Source: Candidatus Uzinura diaspidicola str. ASNER (GTDB lineage: Bacteria; Bacteroidota; Bacteroidia; Flavobacteriales; Blattabacteriaceae). Taken from it: a DNA stretch of 32,000 nucleotides. Position numbers and translations under genes: made by a program. The stretch covers positions 30,001-62,000 of the forward strand of contig CP003263.1 in assembly GCA_000331975.1 (NCBI GenBank), read 5' to 3'. Positions 21,470 to 30,229 of the stretch are shown piece by piece. How positions within the stretch are numbered: the stretch's first letter is position 1; every line of letters starts with the position of its first letter. The notes beneath the pieces are model-generated. The model was not told the DNA's origin. It was given only the letters and a program-made list of their open reading frames with translations, and ran no database searches.

Positions 21470-21990
21470 CATTTTAATTTGATAATTGTTTTCCTGTATT
21501 GGCTGTGGCAAAATTGCATGTTTTTGTAGTTGGAAAGAATGAAGAGTTGATCGTTATTAATATTAGCTAAACATGGTTTTTCTCAACATAGAATGTTCTA
21601 TGACACCTGAAATGTATTTTAATCCAATAGTTATTTTTCAGCCTGTGTCAACATTGTTCCAATGCTCCATGCGAAACAATATGTCCGGTAGGTGCAATAT
21701 CTCATGGAGGACACAATACGAGATGCTAATAACTGTCCTTATAAAGTTCGTAGTTTTAATTGGTTTAAGAAATAATGATATTGAAAGAATGATATATAGT
21801 CCTGATGTTGTATTAAGAAGTAGGGGTGTAATGGAAAAATGATTTAAAAGAAGGAAGAAAATTAAAAGATGAAGAATTTCAGCCTTCTTGTACTAAGGCA
21901 ATAATTTTTGGAGATATTAACGATAATGAAAGTAAAATTTACGAGAAGATTAAAGAGAATAGAAGTTATAACCTTCTAAATTTTCTTCTT
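21470..21990 (+). pseudogene. actB: ACIII Fe-S subunit (ActB) remnant. Only the ferredoxin-like C-terminal domain is recognisable.
   Basis: Recognisable blocks are CIGCGKIACFCSWKE (21495), CQHCSNAPCETICPVGAISH (21646), NNCPYKVRSFNWF (21728), SPDVVLRSRGVMEK (about 21798) and IIFGDINDNESKIYEKIKENRSYNLL (21901). They are spread over three reading frames with stops. The roughly 700-aa molybdopterin-like N-terminal domain is essentially absent. Confidence 0.75.
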
Positions 21991-21992
21991 TT

Positions 21993-22745
21993 ATGAAGAC
22001 CCTTTCAGCATTTTTATGGGGTTCTATAATAACTGGAATAGGTGTTTGGGGGGTAAATAGAACTATAAATTGGGCATGGGATATTACTAATTTTGTATGA
22101 TGGGTTGGAATTGTTCATATTGTTCAGGAATATTGATTTATGCAGTACTTTTAGCGTCTCTCAGCAGAGGGACAATTTTTTCTGTGATTCAGGCCTTATT
22201 ATGTCCTCTTTTATGTTATTGCGATAAGATACTTCTTTTTCAATATCTACTGTCTTTTGATTCCTTGGCAATTATTTGAAGAATTATCTCTTGTATTAGC
22301 AGGATTATGCGCTCCTTTTTGTTTCTTTTGATTTTGCAACTTCAATTATTAAACTCTCCTTATTTTGTAGATGGAGCGGCACAGGGGTTGCATCTTTTAG
22401 ATGTCGTTAGGAAAGTTCTTAGAAGATTAGTTCCTGGTATTCATGTAGCCCCTTTGAAGATTTTACTTATTTTTCTACAGGGCCTTTTTGGTGGGCTTCA
22501 TTATTTGTAATGTACTTATTCCTCAATTGTTTAAGAAGGTCATATTATTTTATTAATTTTGGAATGTGGTTTAAACGTTTTGATATTATTGTTATAAATC
22601 TAAGTCATGATTATGCCATATTGTACTGAATTTTTACCTTCTTTTATAGATATAGGAATTTTTATAGGTAGTTTTTTCTTTGTACTATATCTTATTTATG
22701 CCCGTACTTTTCCTGTAATTGCTCAATCATAGTTAAAAACTATAG
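21993..22745 (+). pseudogene. actC: ACIII NrfD-like membrane subunit (ActC) remnant
   Basis: MKTLSAFLWGSIITGIGVWGVNRTINWAWDITNFV is followed by TGA at 22098-22100, where homologues have Trp, and then WVGIVH. Later blocks are GLCAPF...FDFATS-like, GPFWWASLF and FGMWFKRFDIIVINLSHDY (22561-22620). There are several frameshifts. Confidence 0.75.
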
Positions 22746-22762
22746 TAAAATAACAAAAAAAG

Positions 22763-23100
22763 ATGAGAAAGAAGACTACTACAGTGATTTATAGAAAATC
22801 CCGGTTCCATTATTTGGAACTGCTTTAGTATATATTACTTGATTGGCCTCAAGATATTGGTGGAAAAATATTGGTGGAAAAAGCCTGCCTTAATCTTAAT
22901 TTCCCATCCTTTATTCCTATTATATTTTAACTCACTATATTTTTTTTTATGTGTATAACCTACTTGATAATCTTCTCCAAGGAGCCAAATCCTCGAAGAT
23001 TAAAAAGTTTGTGAATAAAGATAAGGTGCCAAAGAAGTGATTATAAAAGAGTTTCCTTCATGAATATTATATATATTATAGTGATTTATAAGAAATTATA
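22763..23100 (+). pseudogene. actD: ACIII DUF3341 subunit (ActD) remnant
   Basis: MRKKTTTVIY... is followed by LDWPQDIGGK (22841-22867) and, after a frameshifting 14-nt tandem duplication, NFPSFIPIIF (consensus DWP.NIGGKP...PAFIPVTFE). The remnant is truncated. Confidence 0.55.
22854..22881. repeat. Perfect 14-nt tandem duplication ATATTGGTGGAAAA x2
   Basis: Read directly. Copy 1 is 22854-22867 and copy 2 is 22868-22881. It sits inside the actD remnant, and its length is not a multiple of 3. Confidence 0.95.
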
Positions 23101-23470
23101 TACGAGAAGAGTTTATATGACAGAGATATATTATTCTATTCAGATACGTCCTTTTGGATATTTCACGTACGGAAAACCAAATACTTACCTATACTTTACC
23201 TAATTTTAATAAAGGATTAGGTTGCATCATTAAAAATTACTGAATCACCTTTAGATTACTTTGATATTGAAAGAGGAAAATCCATGTATAAAATAAATTG
23301 CGCTATTTGTCATGGAGATAATGGACAAGGAGAATTAGTTAATACTGAAAAAATTCTTGGTGTTCTAGACTATAGGCAGTGTATGGGAAAAAGGGGATAT
23401 ATGGTTCAGAACTAATACAAGAATACCTATGGTAAATAGCAGAATATGTAGATTAAAAAATATGTTCCTA
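23100..23470 (+). pseudogene. actE: ACIII monohaem cytochrome c subunit (ActE) remnant
   Basis: SPLDYFDIERGKSMYKINCAICHGDNGQGELVNTEKILGV has an intact CxxCH at 23299-23313, but it is flanked by stops and frameshifts. No full-length ORF is present. Confidence 0.6.
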
Positions 23471-24144
23471 AATAATCATAGGGCTTTTCTCCAATAGTTA
23501 TTGGACAAACAGTTTATTTTCACCCTTCATATCATCAAACTTTTTTAGATAAAGCACATAATCGTCCCGCTAGGATAGCGTTTTATATGGGTAAAATATT
23601 ATTTCACTGGGATTTCTTTAGGCGCATTCTAGTAATTCAATATATAGGGGAATTATAGTAAGTAATGTGATAGAAGGGATTATCACTTTTCCTTATTTTC
23701 TTAATATTTCTTATACCTTCTTACCTCTTCTATATATTACTGTATGGACATTTTTTATGTTGTGGATGAGTACTATATCAGTATTATTTATTTCTTTTTT
23801 TTCTATTAGGTGGAAGTGGGGAATGAGTCTAGAATCTTTTGGATGGTATGTATTAGTAAGTTATTGGGTGTGTTTTTGCTCTTAACAAAGTCATAGTATT
23901 TACTACTAGTTTATGTAATGGATATATTTGTGGTTTTCACAATTATTACTTTATTGGTATGGAAATATTCCTGAAGAAAGGTCCTATTTTATTAAACGTG
24001 CATTTAATCTTTGATGATTCCTATGATTTTAGGAATTCCATTTTTAGGACACATGATAGATATATATTTTTGGCGTTTACTATTGTAGGCAGCTTATTTA
24101 TTTTTATTGTCTATAGGAGTATTAGAAGCTTTCAACTGCCCTAA
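23470..24144 (+). pseudogene. actF: ACIII membrane subunit (ActF) remnant
   Basis: The fragments are FGWYVLVSYWVCF (consensus FGWYVFSGMW) and WIYLWFSQLLLYWYGNIPEERSYFIKR (23919-24000; consensus YLWFSQFMLIWYSNIPEE.TYF). They are in different frames with stops. ORFs 23667..23885 and 23959..24144 are pieces of it. Confidence 0.7.
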
Positions 24145-24190
24145 CGACTAAAGAAACCCACTATGTAATGAAAGTGCAATTGTATATTTT

Positions 24191-24601
24191 TTATTGAAAA
24201 TAAATAGCGTACTTTTTTATAGCTCTAAACATAGCCTCAATTCCATTAGCTCTATTAGAAGTAAGAAAAGAAGAAAACCCAATTTTCTCTATAAAAAGAG
24301 GAGTGTTATGAATGATTTCATAAGGAAATTGTCCAGAATATATACGTAACATTAAAGCAGCAATCCCTTTAGGGACGAGAGCATCACTATCAGCATGGAA
24401 AAATATTTTATTAAATTTTATATAAGCACGCAACCAAACTTTAGATTGACAACCAATAATAATATTATTATTAGTTCTTAAATTCTTAGACCTTTTAGGA
24501 AGTTTTTTCCCTAAAAAAATAAGATATTCATAACGCTCTTCCCAACTTTCGATGAATAAAAACTCATCAATAACTTTTTGTATATTTTCTTTTATACACA
24601 T
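24191..24601 (-). CDS. sufE: Cysteine desulfuration (sulfur acceptor) protein SufE
   Basis: 136-aa ORF with the SufE active-site block IIGCQSKVWL and the DSDALVPKGIAAL block. Confidence 0.85.
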   Translation of the reverse strand: MCIKENIQKVIDEFLFIESWEERYEYLIFLGKKLPKRSKNLRTNNNIIIGCQSKVWLRAYIKFNKIFFHADSDALVPKGIAALMLRIYSGQFPYEIIHNTPLFIEKIGFSSFLTSNRANGIEAMFRAIKKYAIYFQ

Positions 24602-24636
24602 TTCTCTACCGAATCTAATAATCTAATGATAGTTAG

Positions 24637-26457
24637 TCACGTTATCGTTAATAGCCTATAAACCTCAGTAATAATTTCACTAGTAGTAAACGGTCTTCCT
24701 TGTATTTTATAAAAAGATACTACATCTACAAGAAATTTATCACGAATAATATGAATTAGTTGACCGCCATTAAGTTCAAATACTATAACTTTTTTATAAT
24801 CTTGAAACAAGGTTTCAAGGCCTTGAGGCAGAGGAGATAGGTAGTCTATATGGGAATGTGCAACTCTTTTTTTTTCCTTGATAAGGGTTTTCATAGTCCC
24901 TCTAATGATTCCGTAAGTTGAGCCCCAACTTAATAACAATATTTTTCCAGGTCTTACTCCTGAATCAATGGTTTGTAACGGTAATCTATCTTGAATAAAA
25001 TCCATTTTTATTTTTCTTAAGGAAATCATTTTTTCATGATTTTTAGGGTCGTAAGAGACATTCCCTGTTTTATTTTCCTTTTCAAGCCCTCCAATACAAT
25101 GTTCAGAAAAAGCCATTCCAGGGAATCCCCAATTTCTTACCGCCCTTTCATTTCTTTCATAAGGTAAAAAGTTTTTTTTGTTAGCAAAAGGGGGATAAAT
25201 TGAATCTAGCTGAGATAGATTTGGAAAACGCCATATTTCAGAACCATTAGCTATATATATGTCACTTAACAATATAACGGGGGTCATATGTTCTATAGAA
25301 ATTTTAGCTGCTTGGAAAGCCATCTCAAATGCATGAGAAGGGGAATGAGGAGCTAACACTGGCATAGGAGTTTCACCATTCCGTCCATAAATTGATTGAA
25401 AAAGATCGCTTTGTTCAATTTTTGTTGGTAAGCCTGTTGAAGGACCTCCCCGTTGTACATTAATTATTACTAGAGGTAATTCTAACATAAAAGCTAGTCC
25501 TATCCCCTCTTGTTTAAGAGCCATGCCTGGTCCGGAAGTTCCGCTAACGCCTAATGATCCTGCAAAAGATGCACCAATAGCAGAAGTAATTGCAGCAATT
25601 TCATCTTCCGCTTGAAAACTCTTAACACCTAAATTTTTATATTTAGAAAAATGATGTAAGATATCTGAAGCCGGTGTAATAGGATATCCAGCATAGAAGA
25701 GCCCAATCTGTGCTTGAACAGATGCTGCCGACAATCCAAGAACAATAGCTTGATTTCCTTTTATATTTCTATAATTTCCTGAAGGGAATATAGCTGATTT
25801 TATTTTTAATATTTTTGTAGAACTTTTTTTTCCAAAGTTAAATCCTGCTCTTAAGACGATTAAATTAGCTTTTAAGAGCGTTGGATTCTTTTTAAGATTT
25901 TTTTTTAAAAAACATTCTGTATATACAAGAGTGCGTTTGAAAAGCCAATAAACAAAACCCAATGCAAACATATTTTTAGTAATATTCTTATATTTTCCAA
26001 TATTAGTATTTTCAGTATGCATTAATATATCTATTGGATATAAAGTATAAGCTGATATCTCTTTTAAAAGATTAAAACTATCTTGATAACCTGCCTTTTT
26101 TAAATTATTTAGAGAAAATCCAGAAGTATTTATAATAATAATACCTTTTTTTTTAAAAATGGAATATATTTTTTTTAATGCTGATGCATTCAAGACTACT
26201 AATACATCATAACAATCTCCGGGAAAAGAGATTTCTACACTACCAAAATTAATTTGAAACCCGGAGATTCCTGAAAGGAATCCAGTGGGAGCACGAATTT
26301 CTGCTGGAAATTCTGTAAACGTACTTACATCATTACCAATAAAAGAAGAAGTCTTAGTAAATTGACTTCCAACAAGTTGCATACCATCTCCAGAGTCTCC
26401 TGCAAATAATATCGTTATTTCTTCAAGGGGTTCAAAAGTTTTACTTAATTTTTTCAA
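24637..26457 (-). CDS. korA: 2-oxoglutarate/2-oxoacid:ferredoxin oxidoreductase, alpha subunit
   Basis: 606-aa ORF with N-terminus ILFAGDSGDGMQLVGSQFT and TEFPAEIRAP, then GYPITPASDI, GTSGPGMALK and QRGGPSTGLPTK blocks. Confidence 0.9.
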   Translation of the reverse strand: MKKLSKTFEPLEEITILFAGDSGDGMQLVGSQFTKTSSFIGNDVSTFTEFPAEIRAPTGFLSGISGFQINFGSVEISFPGDCYDVLVVLNASALKKIYSIFKKKGIIIINTSGFSLNNLKKAGYQDSFNLLKEISAYTLYPIDILMHTENTNIGKYKNITKNMFALGFVYWLFKRTLVYTECFLKKNLKKNPTLLKANLIVLRAGFNFGKKSSTKILKIKSAIFPSGNYRNIKGNQAIVLGLSAASVQAQIGLFYAGYPITPASDILHHFSKYKNLGVKSFQAEDEIAAITSAIGASFAGSLGVSGTSGPGMALKQEGIGLAFMLELPLVIINVQRGGPSTGLPTKIEQSDLFQSIYGRNGETPMPVLAPHSPSHAFEMAFQAAKISIEHMTPVILLSDIYIANGSEIWRFPNLSQLDSIYPPFANKKNFLPYERNERAVRNWGFPGMAFSEHCIGGLEKENKTGNVSYDPKNHEKMISLRKIKMDFIQDRLPLQTIDSGVRPGKILLLSWGSTYGIIRGTMKTLIKEKKRVAHSHIDYLSPLPQGLETLFQDYKKVIVFELNGGQLIHIIRDKFLVDVVSFYKIQGRPFTTSEIITEVYRLLTIT

Positions 26458-26525
26458 AATTAAAGTGTTTTAACCATACTAGCCAAAACAATCGCTAAAG
26501 TATATTTCCCTTTTCCCACCTTAAT

Positions 26526-27935
26526 TTATATTACTTTTCTAGTTATAGGAGAAAGAGTATATATTTTATTAGATGCTTCTCTAATGGCTTCTGAGAAAGT
26601 AGGATGAGGATGTGAAATATGTGCGATTTCTTCAGATGTTGCTCCAAATTCCATAGCTACTGCTACTTCCATTATCATGTCAGATGCACGCGAACTTATA
26701 ATATGACATCCTAATATTTCGTCTGTATTTTTATCAGATAGAATTATAACAAATCCATCTAGATCGCCACTGACTCTACTCCGACCAAGAGATCGCATAG
26801 GAAATTTACCAATATTGTACGATCTCCCTTCATCTCTTAGTTGTTCTTGATTTTTTCCTACAGAAGCTACTTCTGGTCCTGTATATACAACAGAAGGAAT
26901 GAGAGAATAATTTATATATGGTTTATGTCCTGCTATATGTTCAACGACAAAGAGTCCCTCTTTTTCCGATTTATGCGCTAACATTTGGCCTCCAATTACA
27001 TCTCCTATTGCATAAATATTGTTAGAAACAGTCTGTAACTTTTCGTTTACTGGAATAAAATCATTCGTTTTAAGAAAAACGCCAATATTTTCTAACCCAA
27101 GATCTTTAGTATAGGGCATTCTTCCTATAGCAACTAAAACGTAATCACCAATCAATGTATTAACTTCAGATAAGTTATTTTTTATACAAACTACTACTTC
27201 TTTTATATTGACTTTGACACTTTTAACTGTAGAAGAAAGGTAAAAATCTATTCCCAATAGATAGAGAATCTTATGTATTTCTTTACAGACATAAATATCC
27301 ATAGAAGACAGAATTTGATCACAAAACTCAATAAGACTTATTTTACTACCTAGACGACAGTACACTGAAGCAATTTCTACTCCTGTTACGCCACCTCCAA
27401 TGATAATAAGGTGATTAGGAATCTCTTTCAGAGATAGAGCTTCAGTAGAACTAATAATTCTTTGTTTATCTATCCTAAAAATAGGACTATCAACAGCCTT
27501 AGATCCAGTAGCAATAATGGCATTATTAAAAATAACTGATTGTAATTTTTCTTTTTCTAAAGTAAATAAATAGAGTGTGTTAGAATTTTTAAAAGTAGCT
27601 AATCCTTGAAATATGTCAACTTTATTTCTATTCAGTAGATATTTTATTTCTTTAGAAATACTATGTATTATTTTATTTTTTCTATGAATCATTTGATAAA
27701 AATCAAGTATAACATCACTTACAAAAATTCCATGTTTTGAAAATTTTTTATCAAGCTTATAATAATAGTATGAAGATTCTAATAAAGCTTTTGTGGGTAT
27801 ACAGCCCCAATTTAAACAAATACCTCCTAATTTTTCTTTTTCTATTATAGCAGTTTTAAATCCTAGCTGCGCTGCTCTTATAGCAGCGACATAACCTCCA
27901 GGACCAGAGCCTATAATTACTAAATCAAAATCCAT
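26526..27935 (-). CDS. lpdA: Dihydrolipoyl dehydrogenase (E3)
   Basis: 469-aa ORF with FAD-binding DLVIIGSGPGGY, redox disulfide GGICLNWGCIPTK, NAD-binding IIGGGVTGVE and the C-terminal HPHPTFSE interface motif. Confidence 0.95.
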   Translation of the reverse strand: MDFDLVIIGSGPGGYVAAIRAAQLGFKTAIIEKEKLGGICLNWGCIPTKALLESSYYYYKLDKKFSKHGIFVSDVILDFYQMIHRKNKIIHSISKEIKYLLNRNKVDIFQGLATFKNSNTLYLFTLEKEKLQSVIFNNAIIATGSKAVDSPIFRIDKQRIISSTEALSLKEIPNHLIIIGGGVTGVEIASVYCRLGSKISLIEFCDQILSSMDIYVCKEIHKILYLLGIDFYLSSTVKSVKVNIKEVVVCIKNNLSEVNTLIGDYVLVAIGRMPYTKDLGLENIGVFLKTNDFIPVNEKLQTVSNNIYAIGDVIGGQMLAHKSEKEGLFVVEHIAGHKPYINYSLIPSVVYTGPEVASVGKNQEQLRDEGRSYNIGKFPMRSLGRSRVSGDLDGFVIILSDKNTDEILGCHIISSRASDMIMEVAVAMEFGATSEEIAHISHPHPTFSEAIREASNKIYTLSPITRKVI

Positions 27936-28017
27936 AAAAAAAATTATTTTATTTTAATAATTAAAATTCTTGTACATTTTCAATGAAAAAAAAATGCTAC
28001 TTAAATAAAACTTCAAT

Positions 28018-28917
28018 ATGAAAAGAATTTTTGGCACAGGGGCTGCACTTATTACGCCTTTTAATGAGAAAAACAAAATAGACTATAAAAGTCTTGAAAA
28101 ATTAGTAACTCATATAAATATAGGTTCTGTAGATTATCTAGTATTATTAGGTAGTACCTCAGAACCAAGTTCTTTAAAAAGCAAAGAAAAAAACAATATT
28201 ATTGATTTTATACAATCAATAAATCATCATGATCTACCTATTATTTTAAGTATAGGTGGAAATAATACAGAATGTATTATTGAACAAATAAAAAACATAA
28301 AAGATTCTAATTTTGAGGCTATACTTTCTGTTTCTCCTTATTATAATCGTCCTTCTCAAGAAGGAATTTATCAACATTTCAAAAAAATAGCAGAAAGTAT
28401 ACAAAAAAACATTGTATTATATAATGTTCCATCTAGGACTGGATCAAATATTTTACCTGAAACTGTACTTAGATTAGCTCAAGAATATGGTAATATAATT
28501 GGAATTAAAGAGGCATCTGGAAGATTATTCCAAAGTTATGAACTTATTAATAATAAACCTAAAGAATTCAGTGTTATTTCTGGAGATGATGCCTTAGCAT
28601 TACCAATAACTTTAAGTGGAGGAGAAGGTGTAATTTCAGTACTTGCGCAAGCAATTCCACAAATATTTTCCAATATGATTGATAATTCTTATGATAATAA
28701 AATTAATAAAGTCTTTGAATCTTATTATCATATTTATAATTTAATAAATTCTTTGTCTAAAGAGGTAAATCCAACAGGAATTAAATATTTTTTAAAATTA
28801 CTAACAATTTGTAAACTATATGTACGATTACCTCTTATAAAAGCTTCCAAAGAATTAAAAGTTAAAATAAAAACTCTATATAACAGATATATAGAAATAA
28901 CCTCTATATTATATTAA
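28018..28917 (+). CDS. dapA: 4-hydroxy-tetrahydrodipicolinate synthase
   Basis: 299-aa ORF with GTGAALITPF, LYNVPSRTG and the Schiff-base lysine block IGIKEASG. Confidence 0.9.
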   Translation: MKRIFGTGAALITPFNEKNKIDYKSLEKLVTHINIGSVDYLVLLGSTSEPSSLKSKEKNNIIDFIQSINHHDLPIILSIGGNNTECIIEQIKNIKDSNFEAILSVSPYYNRPSQEGIYQHFKKIAESIQKNIVLYNVPSRTGSNILPETVLRLAQEYGNIIGIKEASGRLFQSYELINNKPKEFSVISGDDALALPITLSGGEGVISVLAQAIPQIFSNMIDNSYDNKINKVFESYYHIYNLINSLSKEVNPTGIKYFLKLLTICKLYVRLPLIKASKELKVKIKTLYNRYIEITSILY

Positions 28918-28921
28918 TAAC

Positions 28922-29227
28922 ATGAATTTTGCGAATTTTCAAATATCTTTTTCTACAGAAACTATTGATAGAAAAGAATTAGAAAAATATGAAAATAATA
29001 TTTATGCTATTATAAATATTTTAGGTAAGAGAAGTATTCAAATAAACAGTGCAATTAAGGCGGAGTTAGATAAAAAACTGGAAGAATTTTATCTCTATAA
29101 TGATTCTTTATATGATAATTTAGAAAATAAAGAACAAATAACAATAGCAAAATTTTATGAATCTCTTCCTAAACCTACTGCTATAGCTATTCAAGAATTT
29201 CTTGATGGTAATATTATGTATAGATAA
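28922..29227 (+). CDS. rpoZ: Probable Bacteroidetes-type RNA polymerase omega subunit (small conserved protein)
   Basis: 101-aa ORF. NIYAIINILGKRSIQINSAIKAELDKKLEEF...ENKEQITIAKFYESLPKPTAIAIQEFLDG resembles my recollection of flavobacterial RpoZ (N.YE....SKRA.QIN...ENKEQIE.SKFYE.LPKP). Not verified by search. Confidence 0.55.
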   Translation: MNFANFQISFSTETIDRKELEKYENNIYAIINILGKRSIQINSAIKAELDKKLEEFYLYNDSLYDNLENKEQITIAKFYESLPKPTAIAIQEFLDGNIMYR

Positions 29228-29239
29228 CAACTTAAAAAG

Positions 29240-29313
29240 TAGCGTGAGGGAGATTCGAACCCCCAACCTTCGAATTATGAAGCCGATGCTCTAACCAACT
29301 AAGCTATCACGCC
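29240..29313 (-). tRNA. tRNA with anticodon CAU (elongator Met or lysidine-modified Ile2; not initiator-like)
   Basis: Sense strand GGCGTGATAGCTTAGTTGGTTAGAGCATCGGCTTCATAATTCGAAGGTTGGGGGTTCGAATCTCCCTCACGCTA. It folds into a cloverleaf with a TTCATAA loop. It lacks the three G:C pairs in the anticodon stem and the 1:72 mismatch typical of initiators. Confidence 0.85.
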
Positions 29314-30229
29314 TAATTTGTTTTTGCCAAAAAGGCTTTAGTTTCCCTTCTAACTGGCATTCTAAAATTAATAAATATCCTTCCTTAATAAAAATTTTAT
29401 TTTCTTCTACGGTTCCAATATTTTTTGGATGGTGTTCAAAACTATAATACGCACGATAAATTTTAAATTCTTTTTTTTTAAACATATTCTCTTCTAATAT
29501 CGACAAAGAACCAGGGAATGGACTAAGTCCTCGAATCTTATTATAGATCTCTTTAAGAGTTGCTTTCCAGTTTATTTTAGTATCAACCCTTAATAACTTA
29601 GGTGCAAGATTAAAATTTGTAGTTTGTTCTTTAGGTGCTATACAATTATAAAAAATACATTTAATAGTATTAACTATTAGATAAGCTCCTATTTCCGATA
29701 ATCTTATCGACAAAGAACCAGCATTTTCTGCCATTTCAATACTTATTTTCTTTTGTAAGAGCATCCTTCCCGTATCTATTTTTTCATCTACTCTAAAAAT
29801 AGATATACCTGTTTTAGTATCGCCATTCATAATCACCCAATGGATAGGTGCAGCTCCTCTATAATTTGGTAATAAAGAAGGATGTAAATTAAAGCTACCA
29901 AATATTGGTATATTCCAAACAATTTTAGGTAACATACGAAAAGCTACGATAATGCATATTTCAGTATGCCATTTTTGTAACGTTTCTAAAAAAAGATAAT
30001 TTTTCAAATCATCAGATTGTAAAATAGGCAATGCATGAAGTCTAGAATATTTTTTTATAGCTGATTCTACAAAAAGCTTTTTGTTCCTGACAGAAAATCT
30101 GTCAGTAGTAGTTACTACACCTAATACGTTATATTTATATTTCAATAAATTTTCAATACTTAAAACAGAAAAATATGAAGTTCCCATAAATATTATTCTT
30201 CCATCATTAATATTATTAACATTTAACAT
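29291..30229 (-). CDS. fmt: Methionyl-tRNA formyltransferase
   Basis: 312-aa ORF with IIFMGTSYFS, the catalytic block NLHPSLLPNYRGAAPI and a C-terminal Fmt_C-like domain. The last 7 codons and the stop overlap the tRNA-CAU gene. Confidence 0.9.
   Translation of the reverse strand: MLNVNNINDGRIIFMGTSYFSVLSIENLLKYKYNVLGVVTTTDRFSVRNKKLFVESAIKKYSRLHALPILQSDDLKNYLFLETLQKWHTEICIIVAFRMLPKIVWNIPIFGSFNLHPSLLPNYRGAAPIHWVIMNGDTKTGISIFRVDEKIDTGRMLLQKKISIEMAENAGSLSIRLSEIGAYLIVNTIKCIFYNCIAPKEQTTNFNLAPKLLRVDTKINWKATLKEIYNKIRGLSPFPGSLSILEENMFKKKEFKIYRAYYSFEHHPKNIGTVEENKIFIKEGYLLILECQLEGKLKPFWQKQIRRDSLVG

Noticed and set aside
22098-22100. TGA aligned with a conserved Trp in ActC, considered as possible UGA-to-Trp recoding (genetic code 4)
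   Set aside because: Intact genes in this window end at TGA (hisB, hisH, hisF and rsmA, among others) and give normal-length proteins under code 11. The actC remnant also carries other stops and frameshifts. A TGG-to-TGA nonsense mutation is the simpler explanation.
21128-24144. Short ORFs 21128..21328, 21573..21842, 22097..22279, 22307..22510, 23667..23885 and 23959..24144, considered as candidate novel small or membrane proteins
   Set aside because: Each corresponds to one frame of an ACIII subunit remnant (ActA, ActB, ActC, ActC, ActF and ActF). Conserved motifs continue in other frames on both sides, so they are pseudogene fragments.
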